Made by a program: the position numbers and the translations under genes | In this document: piece after piece, positions 50,510 through 59,747 of the stretch | Numbering within the stretch: the stretch's first letter is position 1 | How the letters are laid out: each line of letters starts with the position of its first letter | Origin: Gammaproteobacteria bacterium | Lineage (GTDB): Bacteria; Pseudomonadota; Gammaproteobacteria; Eutrophobiales; Eutrophobiaceae | Direction of reading: 5' to 3' | Assembly (NCBI GenBank): GCA_041689615.1 | Contig: JBDNFW010000044.1 | Span: forward strand, 29,289-93,288 | DNA length: 64,000 bases | The notes under the pieces: model-generated | What the model was told of the DNA's origin: nothing | What the model saw: only the letters and a program-made list of their open reading frames with translations | The model's database searches: none

Positions 50510-51463
50510 CTAATCCAAAAACATCGAGCTTAGGGATTCACCTTCTGCGATACGACGCATACTCTCAGCCAACATCGCTGCTACGCTGAGTTGTCGAATT
50601 CGTTCACAGCTTGCTGCCTCTGAGCGAAGCGGGATTGTATCTGTTACTACCAATTCATCAAGTCTTGAATTCTCAATATTCTTGATTGCATTGCCGGAAA
50701 GTACCGGATGTGTACAGTAAGCGACCACTTTTACCGCCCCAAAGTCCTTCAATGCCCCTGCTGCATTACATAATGTACCGGCTGTATCGACCAAATCGTC
50801 AATAATGACGCAAGTACGACCATCAACATCACCAATAATATTCATAATCTCGGATTCGTTCGGATTTGGACGACGTTTATCAATAATCGCCAATTCGGTG
50901 TCATCCAGGCGTTTTGCCAAAGCACGAGCACGTACCACGCCGCCTACGTCAGGCGAAACCACCATCAAATCCGGATATTTATGCTTCCATAAATCGCCCA
51001 ATAACACCGGAGAACCATAGACATTGTCCAAAGGAATATCGAAAAAACCCTGAATTTGGTCAGCATGCAAATCGACGGTCAGAACGCGATCAATACCGGC
51101 TGCGGCAATCATGTTTGCCACGACTTTTGCTGTAATAGGGACTCTTGAGGAACGAGAGCGACGATCTTGTCGGGCATAACCTAAATAAGGAATAACGGCG
51201 GTAATACGTGTTGCAGAAGCACGACGCAGAGCATCGGCCATCACTAACAGTTCCATTAGATTGTCATTCGTTGGCGCGCAAATCGGCTGCATGATGTAGC
51301 AATCACGACCACGAACATTCTCGTTAATTTCAACCATGACTTCGCCATCGCTGAATTGACCTACTGTTGCTTTACCCATAGGCATGTTCAGGTATTCTGC
51401 CGCCTCAAGTGCCAACTTGCGGTGCGCATTACCACTGAATATCATCATATTGGAAATGGTCAT
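50510..51463 (-). CDS. prs: ribose-phosphate pyrophosphokinase
   Basis: [11 protein letters not shown]; PRPP-binding loop [12 protein letters not shown]. Confidence 0.93.
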   Translation of the reverse strand: MTISNMMIFSGNAHRKLALEAAEYLNMPMGKATVGQFSDGEVMVEINENVRGRDCYIMQPICAPTNDNLMELLVMADALRRASATRITAVIPYLGYARQDRRSRSSRVPITAKVVANMIAAAGIDRVLTVDLHADQIQGFFDIPLDNVYGSPVLLGDLWKHKYPDLMVVSPDVGGVVRARALAKRLDDTELAIIDKRRPNPNESEIMNIIGDVDGRTCVIIDDLVDTAGTLCNAAGALKDFGAVKVVAYCTHPVLSGNAIKNIENSRLDELVVTDTIPLRSEAASCERIRQLSVAAMLAESMRRIAEGESLSSMFLD

Positions 51464-51494
51464 GGTGTGCTTTTCTCTGACTATTTAAAAAATA

Positions 51495-51571
51495 TGGCTG
51501 GGGTACGAGGACTCGAACCTCGGAATGCATGGATCAAAACCATGTGCCTTAACCAACTTGGCCATACCCCA
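51495..51571 (-). tRNA. tRNA-Gln (anticodon UUG), CCA encoded
   Basis: Hand-folded cloverleaf: acceptor TGGGGTA/TACCCCA, anticodon arm CATGG-TTTTGAT-CCATG, T arm CGAGG-TTCGAGT-CCTCG. Confidence 0.9.
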
Positions 51572-51616
51572 ATAAATCATTTCTAATATCTGTACAAATG
51601 AACCAGTCTAAAAAAG

Positions 51617-52474
51617 CTAAACGCTGGATTGTTCACTCGTCAATCGTTCTAACAAGGGAGACTTATTCATCCCTTTTACAACATAGCCTTGCCACACATC
51701 GGGCAACTTTTCTTTAACAGCTATTGCTGCTTGCTCATTTGAAAACGGAGCAAATAAACAAGCACCAGTGCCTGTGAGCTTTGTAGGGGCAAATTCACCT
51801 AACCAATCCAGTGCTTTTGCCACCTCTTTATAATGCTTTCGCACTACAGATTCACAGTCATTTATGCCTCCTCCCTCGAGGAAGTCGCGTATTGTGATTG
51901 CAGGTGTATTCCGTGTCAAATCGGCTGCATTAAATACTGTTTTAGTCGCCACACTACATCCGGGGTGAATCACCAAATACCAGGATTCTTCGGGCTCAAT
52001 TGGCGTGAAATTCTCACCCACGCCTTCCGCCCAAGCCGCATGTGCATAAATAAATACGGGGACATCAGCGCCTAATGATAAACCAATACTGGCAAGTTCT
52101 TCAGTAGATAAACCTGTTTTCCATAATTCATTTAGTGCTACCAGCGTGGTCGCTGCATCAGAACTTCCTCCGCCCAAACCACCACCCTCGGGTATTCGTT
52201 TTTTCACATTAATATCGATGCCAAGTTTACAGCCTGTTTCCTCTTTTAACTTACGCGCTGCTCGAACAACCAAATCATCCTCTGCATCAACACCCGGCAT
52301 AATTGAACTACGTTGCACGGTATCTGATTCTAAAATTGTAAAATCAATCTCATCTTGTAACTGAATAAACTGAAATACGGTTTGCAGCAGATGATAACCA
52401 TCTGCCCGTCGACCGGTGATATGCAAAAATAAATTTAATTTAGCCGGAGCCGGCCATGAAGAACTTAACATCAA
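51617..52474 (-). CDS. ispE: 4-diphosphocytidyl-2-C-methyl-D-erythritol kinase
   Basis: PAPAKLNLFLHITGRR; GHMP motif PEGGGLGGGSSDAA. Confidence 0.93.
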   Translation of the reverse strand: MMLSSSWPAPAKLNLFLHITGRRADGYHLLQTVFQFIQLQDEIDFTILESDTVQRSSIMPGVDAEDDLVVRAARKLKEETGCKLGIDINVKKRIPEGGGLGGGSSDAATTLVALNELWKTGLSTEELASIGLSLGADVPVFIYAHAAWAEGVGENFTPIEPEESWYLVIHPGCSVATKTVFNAADLTRNTPAITIRDFLEGGGINDCESVVRKHYKEVAKALDWLGEFAPTKLTGTGACLFAPFSNEQAAIAVKEKLPDVWQGYVVKGMNKSPLLERLTSEQSSV

Positions 52475-52486
52475 TCACCTACCCGA

Positions 52487-52723
52487 GGGTACTTTTAAAA
52501 ATAGTGATTTTTTTGTGAGAGCGAGGAAGCACCGCGCACACGACTGCATGGATGCAGGAGGTAGAGCGACGCAGGAAACCAAAGCCGAGAACCGGAATGT
52601 ATAGTTAATACATGAGGAGATCCTACTCTGTGAGTATTCGAGCACGGAGCTGACGCTGCTACCATGAATGATCATTAAGGTACGGCACGTTGTATCACAA
52701 AAAAATGCATTTTTAATGTACCC
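52487..52723 (-). repeat. MITE-like element, copy E, with a ~50-bp nested insertion
   Basis: TIRs GGGTACTTTTAAAAATAGTGA / TGCATTTTTAATGTACCC; extra segment 52538-52587 relative to copy D. Confidence 0.9.
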
Positions 52724-52724
52724 T

Positions 52725-53318
52725 TTAGATTTTCCAGTTCTGGATGATAACTTTCAATTGAATATTGTCACTTTTAATCATTAACTTTTCCGGTAACGAA
52801 ATTCCATCTTGTTCTGTATATCTCGACACGCTGACATTAAAACCGGATTGCTCCATATTTATTAATCTTCCCTGCTCATCCAGCAATAGTTCACTATAAT
52901 TGATATTCGGTTCAGGCAATCCTCTTACCCAAAAGCGTAAACCATTAAGATGCACATCCCAACCGAGTCCTTCACGTAATAGTTGTTCTGCATCATCAGC
53001 TACTATAGTTATATCTTTTGGCACTTTCATAACAACGCCACTTGGCGAACCGGTTAAGATATAAGTACCTTGTCCCAAAGGCGCGACAAAGCGTATTTCA
53101 TAGTTTGTAAGGAATTGATTCCAGAATAAAGTGACGGTGCCACTTTCCTTTTCATTTTTTACAGCGATACGACCCTTGATATCCCATGACTGAATTGCAC
53201 TAACAGCAATTTGATGCTCAAGCCAAAGTTGCGTTTTTAAACTTGAATCAATTTTCGGTAGTTGAGCACAGGCACTGAACAAAGACATTGCCAGCAATAA
53301 TAAAAGTAACCGCTTCAC
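52725..53318 (-). CDS. lolB: outer membrane lipoprotein insertion protein LolB
   Basis: lipobox LFSAC; position upstream of ispE. Confidence 0.8.
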   Translation of the reverse strand: MKRLLLLLLAMSLFSACAQLPKIDSSLKTQLWLEHQIAVSAIQSWDIKGRIAVKNEKESGTVTLFWNQFLTNYEIRFVAPLGQGTYILTGSPSGVVMKVPKDITIVADDAEQLLREGLGWDVHLNGLRFWVRGLPEPNINYSELLLDEQGRLINMEQSGFNVSVSRYTEQDGISLPEKLMIKSDNIQLKVIIQNWKI

Positions 53319-55096
53319 GGTTTAAAGCGTTCGATGACTTCCAGCAATCTATCGTCAGCAGGTGTACCTTTGAGCGCAGTCTCCCAAACTTCCTTTGCTG
53401 CTTGTTTATTTCCCATCACCCAAAATACTTCACCAAGGTGAGCCGCAATTTCAGGATCGTTTCTCAATTTAAGTGCTTGTTGCAGATAATCAACAGCTTC
53501 ATCCAATCGTCCCATGCGATATAAAACCCAGCCCAGGCTATCGAGTATGTAGAAATCATTTGGACTTATTTCATAAGCGCGCTTTATATAACCATAGGCT
53601 TCTTCAAAACGATCCGTTCTATCAGCCAGTGTATAACCCAGAGCATTTAGTGCTGTTGCGTTATCTGCATCTTGATCAAGAACGGCTTTTAGATCGGCTT
53701 CTAATACATCCAGACGATCCATCTTTTCAGCTAACATGGCGCGCGAGTATAGTAAGTCAGGATGGCTTTCTTCTTCTATAGCCTTATTAAACACATCCAT
53801 TGCTTCCTGATAGCGTTTTTCTTCAATCAATATTTCTCCTTCTGCCTGTATCAGGATAAGACGATTGATACCTTTTGTTTTTTGTATGCTGCGAATATTT
53901 CCCAACGCCTTTTCTATCTCACCTTGCTTGGCTAATATCAGACTTAAGCGTATTCGCGCATCAAAATAATTTTCACCCCCATGCACACCCTGATATAAAT
54001 CACTGGCTTTATCTAATTCTTTTCTTTCTTCAGCAATTCGTCCCATATAATAATTGGAATCAAATACGCGCTTCTTTAGTTTCGACAACTGAAGAAAATA
54101 TTGTTCGGCTTCATCAAGCTTATTAACTTGAAGATAAAGTAAACCGAGTGCATAAAGTACATCATCATTATTCGGTGATTTAGCAGATAACTTTTCAAAT
54201 TGATCACGTGCATCATCGAAGCGTTTTGCTTCTGTCAGTAAACGTGCATAGGCTATGCGCAAATTAAAATCATTATCTCGATTTTTTAGTGCTGTTTCGA
54301 GCCAGTTAAGTGCCGTATTTATATCGCCTGTTTTTTGCAGTAAGGCAATATAGGTTAAAGCCGCTGAATCATTTTCTGGTTTTATTTCAAGTACACGTTT
54401 TAATAAATCTTTAGCGCGATCAAAATTGCCCATGCGCGCAGAAACATTGGCAAACGCGTACATGGCATCGACATCATCCATATGCTTTTCCATCAAGCGT
54501 TCCATTAATTGCAACACGACTAACTGATCTTCTTCGCGGCCAAGAAAGTTAGCAATCATCCATAGTTTCTGATCTAGCTGTCCATGGGACGCTTTCATAA
54601 TAACTTCAAGGTGATACAAGGCCTGATCGATATCACCTTGGCGTAAGGTCATCACAGTGAGTACTTGATGTGCATCGGGGTTTTCTGGATCTAACTCAAG
54701 CCATAGCTGCGCGGCTTCATAAGCGGCTTCATTATTACGTGCATAAATGGCAACTCGCGTCGCACGTTCGACAACCACTGGATCACGTGTCGTTCTCGCT
54801 AAATCGAGATAATTCTCAACAGCGATATCAATTTTTCCGCGCTGACCAGCAATTTCCGCAACCAAAACCTTGAACATAATATCTTCGGTAAGCTCAATTT
54901 TTGGGCGTTTAGGTAAAATTCGTTCCGGTTCGGGAGCAGCTTCAGGCGTTACCGTTTGAGGATCTGCCGTAGAATCCGAATCAGAAACCGTGCCTGAAGT
55001 CGTCTCTTGAGGTACGCTGGCACAGGCCCCAACAAACAAAGCCAGTAGCAATACTGCCCATCTGCGCAACCATTTATAGTGAGGGAATGAAAACAC
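53315..55096 (-). CDS. large TPR-repeat lipoprotein (conserved partner upstream of lolB)
   Basis: lipobox VGAC; many TPR units. Confidence 0.7.
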   Translation of the reverse strand: MFSFPHYKWLRRWAVLLLALFVGACASVPQETTSGTVSDSDSTADPQTVTPEAAPEPERILPKRPKIELTEDIMFKVLVAEIAGQRGKIDIAVENYLDLARTTRDPVVVERATRVAIYARNNEAAYEAAQLWLELDPENPDAHQVLTVMTLRQGDIDQALYHLEVIMKASHGQLDQKLWMIANFLGREEDQLVVLQLMERLMEKHMDDVDAMYAFANVSARMGNFDRAKDLLKRVLEIKPENDSAALTYIALLQKTGDINTALNWLETALKNRDNDFNLRIAYARLLTEAKRFDDARDQFEKLSAKSPNNDDVLYALGLLYLQVNKLDEAEQYFLQLSKLKKRVFDSNYYMGRIAEERKELDKASDLYQGVHGGENYFDARIRLSLILAKQGEIEKALGNIRSIQKTKGINRLILIQAEGEILIEEKRYQEAMDVFNKAIEEESHPDLLYSRAMLAEKMDRLDVLEADLKAVLDQDADNATALNALGYTLADRTDRFEEAYGYIKRAYEISPNDFYILDSLGWVLYRMGRLDEAVDYLQQALKLRNDPEIAAHLGEVFWVMGNKQAAKEVWETALKGTPADDRLLEVIERFKP

Positions 55097-55323
55097 TCTA
55101 TTAAGATCCTTACGTTACCGCTTTTAGACGATCATTTTGTCAGATTAAGACTGAAAATAACACTATGTATGACTTATATGGATAATTGATACGATATCAA
55201 CTGATTTGTTCATTATAGATTTGTTTTGGTTTAATCTGGATCAATAAATTAGTCTATTTTCCTTGTATTCTAACAACTCTTGGCACAGAATTTTCATAAG
55301 GTTTTCATTTAATTAGCAATATC

Positions 55324-56595
55324 ATGACTCTAGTAGCTTACGGCCTAAATCACGCAACAGCACCAATTGATCTTCGGGAGAAGGTCAATTTTGGTAATGA
55401 TGTCGTATTCGATGCCTTGCATGAGCTAAAAAATCAAAATGGCATTCAGGAAGCTGCCATTCTTTCCACCTGCAACCGTACTGAAATTTATTGCAGCGTT
55501 GATCAGGCAGACAACCTTAACCCGATTCACTGGTTACATGATTTCCATGGCATGAAACAGGATCAACTTAAGCCATTTTTGTACAAACATCCGGACGAAA
55601 ATGCAGTGCGCCATGTCTTACGTGTAGCAAGTGGACTCGACTCTATGGTTTTGGGTGAGTCACAAATACTCGGCCAATTAAAGAACGCTTATCAAAATGC
55701 AATCAGTGCCGGTAGCATTGGTCATCAGTTGAACCGACTATTTCAACATTCATTTCATGTCGCGAAAGAAGTACGAAGTAACACGGCTATTGGTAATCAT
55801 CCAGTCTCTGTTGCTTATGCCGCAGTTCGTTTGGCACAACAAATTTTCGGTGACTTAAGTAAACAAACAGCATTATTAATTGGTGCAGGCGAAACTATAG
55901 AACTTGCAGCAAAACATCTTCATGAAAACGGCCTAAACCGAATGATTATTGCCAACAGAACATTTGAACGTTCACAACGTTTAGCAAATGAATATTCTGT
56001 TTATGCTATTCAAATGGGTGATATACCAAAACACTTGGCAGAAGCCGACATTGTTATTTCATCTACAGCTAGCCAACTACCGATTTTGGGCAAGGGCGCT
56101 GTTGAAAGTGCAATCAAAGCCAGAAAACATAAACCGATGTTTATGGTAGACATTGCTGTGCCTCGAGATATTGAAGTTGAAGTTGGTAATATGGATGATG
56201 TTTATTTGTATAGTGTTGATGATTTAAAGGACATTGTTCAGGAAAACTTACAAAGCCGCAAAAATGCAGCAAAACAAGCAGAGAAAATAATCGATACGCA
56301 AGCACAGGAATTTATGGGTTGGCTACATTCGCTTGATGCAGTCTCAACAATACGTGCATTACGTAATCAGGCCGAGAAAATACAGGAAGAAGCGATACAA
56401 AACGGATTAACTAAACTTCGCAATGGCGCGGATCCTGAAACCATTCTTCAGGAAACTGCAAGAATCTTAACCAATAAATTGATCCATTCACCTAGTTCTC
56501 AATTAAGAAATGCTAGTTCCGTAAGCAGAGAAGATTTATTACACGCTGCTGAAGAATTATATAATCTGAACGATAGTCCCGATAGAAAGCAGTAG
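55324..56595 (+). CDS. hemA: glutamyl-tRNA reductase
   Basis: LSTCNRTEIY active site; NADPH-binding LIGAGETIE. Confidence 0.93.
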   Translation: MTLVAYGLNHATAPIDLREKVNFGNDVVFDALHELKNQNGIQEAAILSTCNRTEIYCSVDQADNLNPIHWLHDFHGMKQDQLKPFLYKHPDENAVRHVLRVASGLDSMVLGESQILGQLKNAYQNAISAGSIGHQLNRLFQHSFHVAKEVRSNTAIGNHPVSVAYAAVRLAQQIFGDLSKQTALLIGAGETIELAAKHLHENGLNRMIIANRTFERSQRLANEYSVYAIQMGDIPKHLAEADIVISSTASQLPILGKGAVESAIKARKHKPMFMVDIAVPRDIEVEVGNMDDVYLYSVDDLKDIVQENLQSRKNAAKQAEKIIDTQAQEFMGWLHSLDAVSTIRALRNQAEKIQEEAIQNGLTKLRNGADPETILQETARILTNKLIHSPSSQLRNASSVSREDLLHAAEELYNLNDSPDRKQ

Positions 56596-56602
56596 CATTC
56601 TA

Positions 56603-56761
56603 GGGCACTCCTAAAAATGCACTTTTCCCGCGATTGCTTCGTCAGTTCCGTACTCAAATACTCACAGAGTAGGATCTCCTCATGTATTCATTTATACACT
56701 GCGGTTTTCCGTGCGCAACTTCCTCGCACTCACGGAAAAATTACTATTTTTAGAAGTCCCC
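56603..56761 (+). repeat. MITE-like element, copy F
   Basis: GGGCACTCCTAAAAATGCAC...TTACTATTTTTAGAAGTCCCC (clear ~20-bp TIRs). Confidence 0.9.
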
Positions 56762-56813
56762 ATAATTTATATGTTGTTTCAGGTATGATCTCCCATTTTT
56801 AGAATTTAAAGCC

Positions 56814-57896
56814 ATGAAAGAATCGTTACATTTAAAATTAGAAAAATTATTAGACCGTCAGGAAGAATTAGATGGTTTACTTTCTGATCCCGAGAATATA
56901 AATAATCAAAATAAATTTCGTGAATTGTCACAGGAGTACGCTGAGGTACGTCCTATAGTTTCCTGTTTTAACGAATACAGAAAAACAACGAAAGACCTCG
57001 AAAACGCAAAAGAGATGCTGAAAGACAATGATAAGGAAATGCGGGAAATGGCTGCTGAAGAATTAAAACAAGCAGAAGAAAAACACGAGCAACTTGATAA
57101 AGAATTACAATTATTATTACTACCTAAAGATCCTGCTGATAACAGTAACATCTTTTTAGAAATACGCGCCGGCACTGGCGGTGAAGAAGCCGCACTTTTT
57201 TCTGGCGATTTAATGCGTATGTATACACGTTATGCTGAAAACAGAGGCTGGAAAACTGAACTCATCAGTGCAACAGAAAGTGATCTTGAAGGTTATAAAG
57301 AAGTCATTATGCGCATCATCGGTGATGGTGCTTATTCAAGATTAAAATTTGAATCTGGCGCACATCGCGTTCAACGTGTTCCAGAAACAGAATCACAAGG
57401 TCGTATTCATACTTCTGCTTGCACGGTCGCAATACTACCGGAAGCCGATGAAATTAGTGAGATCACGATTAATCCGGCTGATTTACGTATAGATACCTTC
57501 CGCGCATCCGGCGCTGGTGGACAACATGTTAACAAAACAGATTCCGCGATTCGTATTACTCACTTACCAACAAACACGGTGATTGAATGTCAGGATGAAC
57601 GTTCGCAACATAAAAACAAAGCGCGCGCGATGTCGTTATTAAAGGCAAAATTATTGGATAGTGAACGAAGTAAACAACAAAATGAAGAAGCTCAGAATAG
57701 ACGCAACCTTGTTGGCAGCGGTGATCGTTCGGAACGAATTCGGACTTATAATTTTCCACAAAGCCGTGTAACGGATCACAGAATTAATTTAACACTCTAT
57801 CGACTTGATGAGTTCCTGCAAGGCAATGTTGATATGGTTATTGATCCATTGATTAGTGAATATCAGGCAGATCTTCTTGCTTCGATAGGCGATTAA
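56814..57896 (+). CDS. prfA: peptide chain release factor 1
   Basis: PET-type tripeptide (VPETESQGR) and GGQ motif (SGAGGQHVN). Confidence 0.93.
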   Translation: MKESLHLKLEKLLDRQEELDGLLSDPENINNQNKFRELSQEYAEVRPIVSCFNEYRKTTKDLENAKEMLKDNDKEMREMAAEELKQAEEKHEQLDKELQLLLLPKDPADNSNIFLEIRAGTGGEEAALFSGDLMRMYTRYAENRGWKTELISATESDLEGYKEVIMRIIGDGAYSRLKFESGAHRVQRVPETESQGRIHTSACTVAILPEADEISEITINPADLRIDTFRASGAGGQHVNKTDSAIRITHLPTNTVIECQDERSQHKNKARAMSLLKAKLLDSERSKQQNEEAQNRRNLVGSGDRSERIRTYNFPQSRVTDHRINLTLYRLDEFLQGNVDMVIDPLISEYQADLLASIGD

Positions 57897-57915
57897 TAAA
57901 AAATAGATAATCATC

Positions 57916-58752
57916 ATGCAGATTACTGATGCACTTAAACATGCTCGACAACAATTTCATTCTTCGGATAGCGCCCAGCTTGATGCAGAAATATTACTTT
58001 GTACTGTATTACGCTGTGAACGCTCTCATCTTTATGCTTATCCGGAAATGGAATTATCCAATCCTCTTATCGAATCATTAAATAAGTTAATAGTGTTACG
58101 TTCGCAAGGACAGCCTATTGCATATCTGGCAAAACAAAAAGAATTCTGGTCCATCTCTTTTAATGTAACTGAAGATACACTTATCCCCAGGCCGGAAACT
58201 GAATTACTTATTGAAACAGCACTTAAATTTATACCAACAAATTCTAAAATAAAGATCCTCGATTTGGGAACAGGTTCAGGTGCCATTGCCATAGCAATGG
58301 CATCTGAACGACCTTCAGCAAAGATTACGGCAACTGATATTAGTGATAAGGCTTTAAAGATTGCAAAACTAAACGCAAAGTCACATAAAATTAAAAACAT
58401 AAAATTTGAAAAAGCAGACTGGTTTAAAATAAAAGACGCCAAACCATATGATGTCATTATCAGCAACCCACCGTATATCAGTAATGATGATCCGCATTTA
58501 ACGCAAGGTGACATACGATTTGAACCACTCTCCGCCTTGGCGTCAGGAGAAGACGGCCTGGATGATTTACGTACTATAATCAGCGAAGCAAAAAACAATT
58601 TAAATAAACAAGGTTGGTTGTTAGTCGAGCACGGCTATAATCAGGCAGAACCGGTTCAGCAATTATTTATTGAGAATAGTTTCACCTCAGTGTCTACAAT
58701 TAAAGATTATGGCAATAATGATCGCGTGACTATCGGACACACATATGAATGA
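57916..58752 (+). CDS. prmC: release-factor glutamine methyltransferase PrmC
   Basis: DLGTGSGAIA and NPPY motifs. Confidence 0.92.
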   Translation: MQITDALKHARQQFHSSDSAQLDAEILLCTVLRCERSHLYAYPEMELSNPLIESLNKLIVLRSQGQPIAYLAKQKEFWSISFNVTEDTLIPRPETELLIETALKFIPTNSKIKILDLGTGSGAIAIAMASERPSAKITATDISDKALKIAKLNAKSHKIKNIKFEKADWFKIKDAKPYDVIISNPPYISNDDPHLTQGDIRFEPLSALASGEDGLDDLRTIISEAKNNLNKQGWLLVEHGYNQAEPVQQLFIENSFTSVSTIKDYGNNDRVTIGHTYE

Positions 58753-59494
58753 CGAACAACTTTTAAGATACAGTCGACAAATGATGTTGCCAGAGATCGA
58801 TGCGGCAGGTCAGGAACGCTTAAATGAATCTCGTGTTTTAATCATTGGTCTTGGCGGATTAGGTTCGCCTGTTTCAATGTATCTTGCCAGCGCCGGCGTC
58901 GGTCAATTAATTCTGGTTGATTTTGATAAAGTCGACATTAGTAATCTGCAACGACAAATAGTGCATACAACAAAAGATATTGGTCGCGCAAAAATTGATT
59001 CAGCAAAAGAACATCTACACGCAATTAATCCTGAGATTATTATTGAATCCATCGATCACGCGCTAGAAGATGATGAACTCTTATTCGAAGCAGAAAAAGC
59101 AGATGTTATCGTTGATGCTAGTGATAACTTTCAAACACGCTTTGCACTTAATGAGGCCTCTGTAAAAACAAAAACACCGTTGGTTTCCGGCGCCGCAATT
59201 CGTTTTGAAGGTCAGGTTACGGTGTTTAATCCTAAAGATGAAAACTCACCCTGTTATCGCTGTTTATATAATGAAGACGTTGCAACAGCAGAAACTTGTA
59301 CAGCGAATGGCGTGATTGCACCGTTGCTTGGCATCATTGGCAGCATACAGGCAAATGAAACGTTGAAGTTATTAATGGGTATCGGTGAAAGCTTGCAAGG
59401 AAGACTACTTCTATTAGATACATTACATATGGAATGGAGTGAAGCAAAACTAAAAAAAGATCCGGCCTGCCCTGTTTGCTCCAAATCTCAATAA
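58745..59494 (+). CDS. moeB: molybdopterin-synthase adenylyltransferase MoeB/ThiF family
   Basis: GLGGLGS nucleotide loop and two CxxC pairs (CYRC, CPVC). Confidence 0.85.
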   Translation: MNDEQLLRYSRQMMLPEIDAAGQERLNESRVLIIGLGGLGSPVSMYLASAGVGQLILVDFDKVDISNLQRQIVHTTKDIGRAKIDSAKEHLHAINPEIIIESIDHALEDDELLFEAEKADVIVDASDNFQTRFALNEASVKTKTPLVSGAAIRFEGQVTVFNPKDENSPCYRCLYNEDVATAETCTANGVIAPLLGIIGSIQANETLKLLMGIGESLQGRLLLLDTLHMEWSEAKLKKDPACPVCSKSQ

Positions 59495-59585
59495 TACATT
59501 TTTATTACTGTCTTCTTTCGACTGCCATAAGCGGTAGTAATAATAAATAACTTTTAATTACTGTTTCATACTGAAAGCGGTCGGT

Positions 59586-59657
59586 CAGTAACGCCGCGCT
59601 CTACGGCAAATTTGGAGCGCAGCGGAGAATTTGTCCGGCAGCAGTGCCTTGTTATGC
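59586..59657 (-). repeat. attC-like imperfect palindrome 90 nt downstream of hsdR
   Basis: Minus strand reads GCATAAC-AAGGCACTGCTGCCGGACAAATT-CTCCGCTGCGCTCC-AAATTTGCCGTAGAGCGCGGC-GTTACTG. Confidence 0.4.
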
Positions 59658-59747
59658 ATGCATTCATTTCATCTGGGTTGTTTAGATACCTCTTAACTAG
59701 CTGGTGTTTTTCTAAGCCACGATTACCTAGCCCGATATCTTTCCGAT

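Noticed and set aside
52475-52675. 66-aa ORF between lolB and ispE
   Set aside because: It lies entirely inside MITE copy E. The peptide similarity to ORF 56617-56802 (..VSSVLEYSQSRISSCI..) only reflects the DNA repeat and breaks frame in other copies.
56617-56802. 61-aa ORF between hemA and prfA
   Set aside because: It lies inside MITE copy F, has no RBS, and is not frame-conserved between copies.
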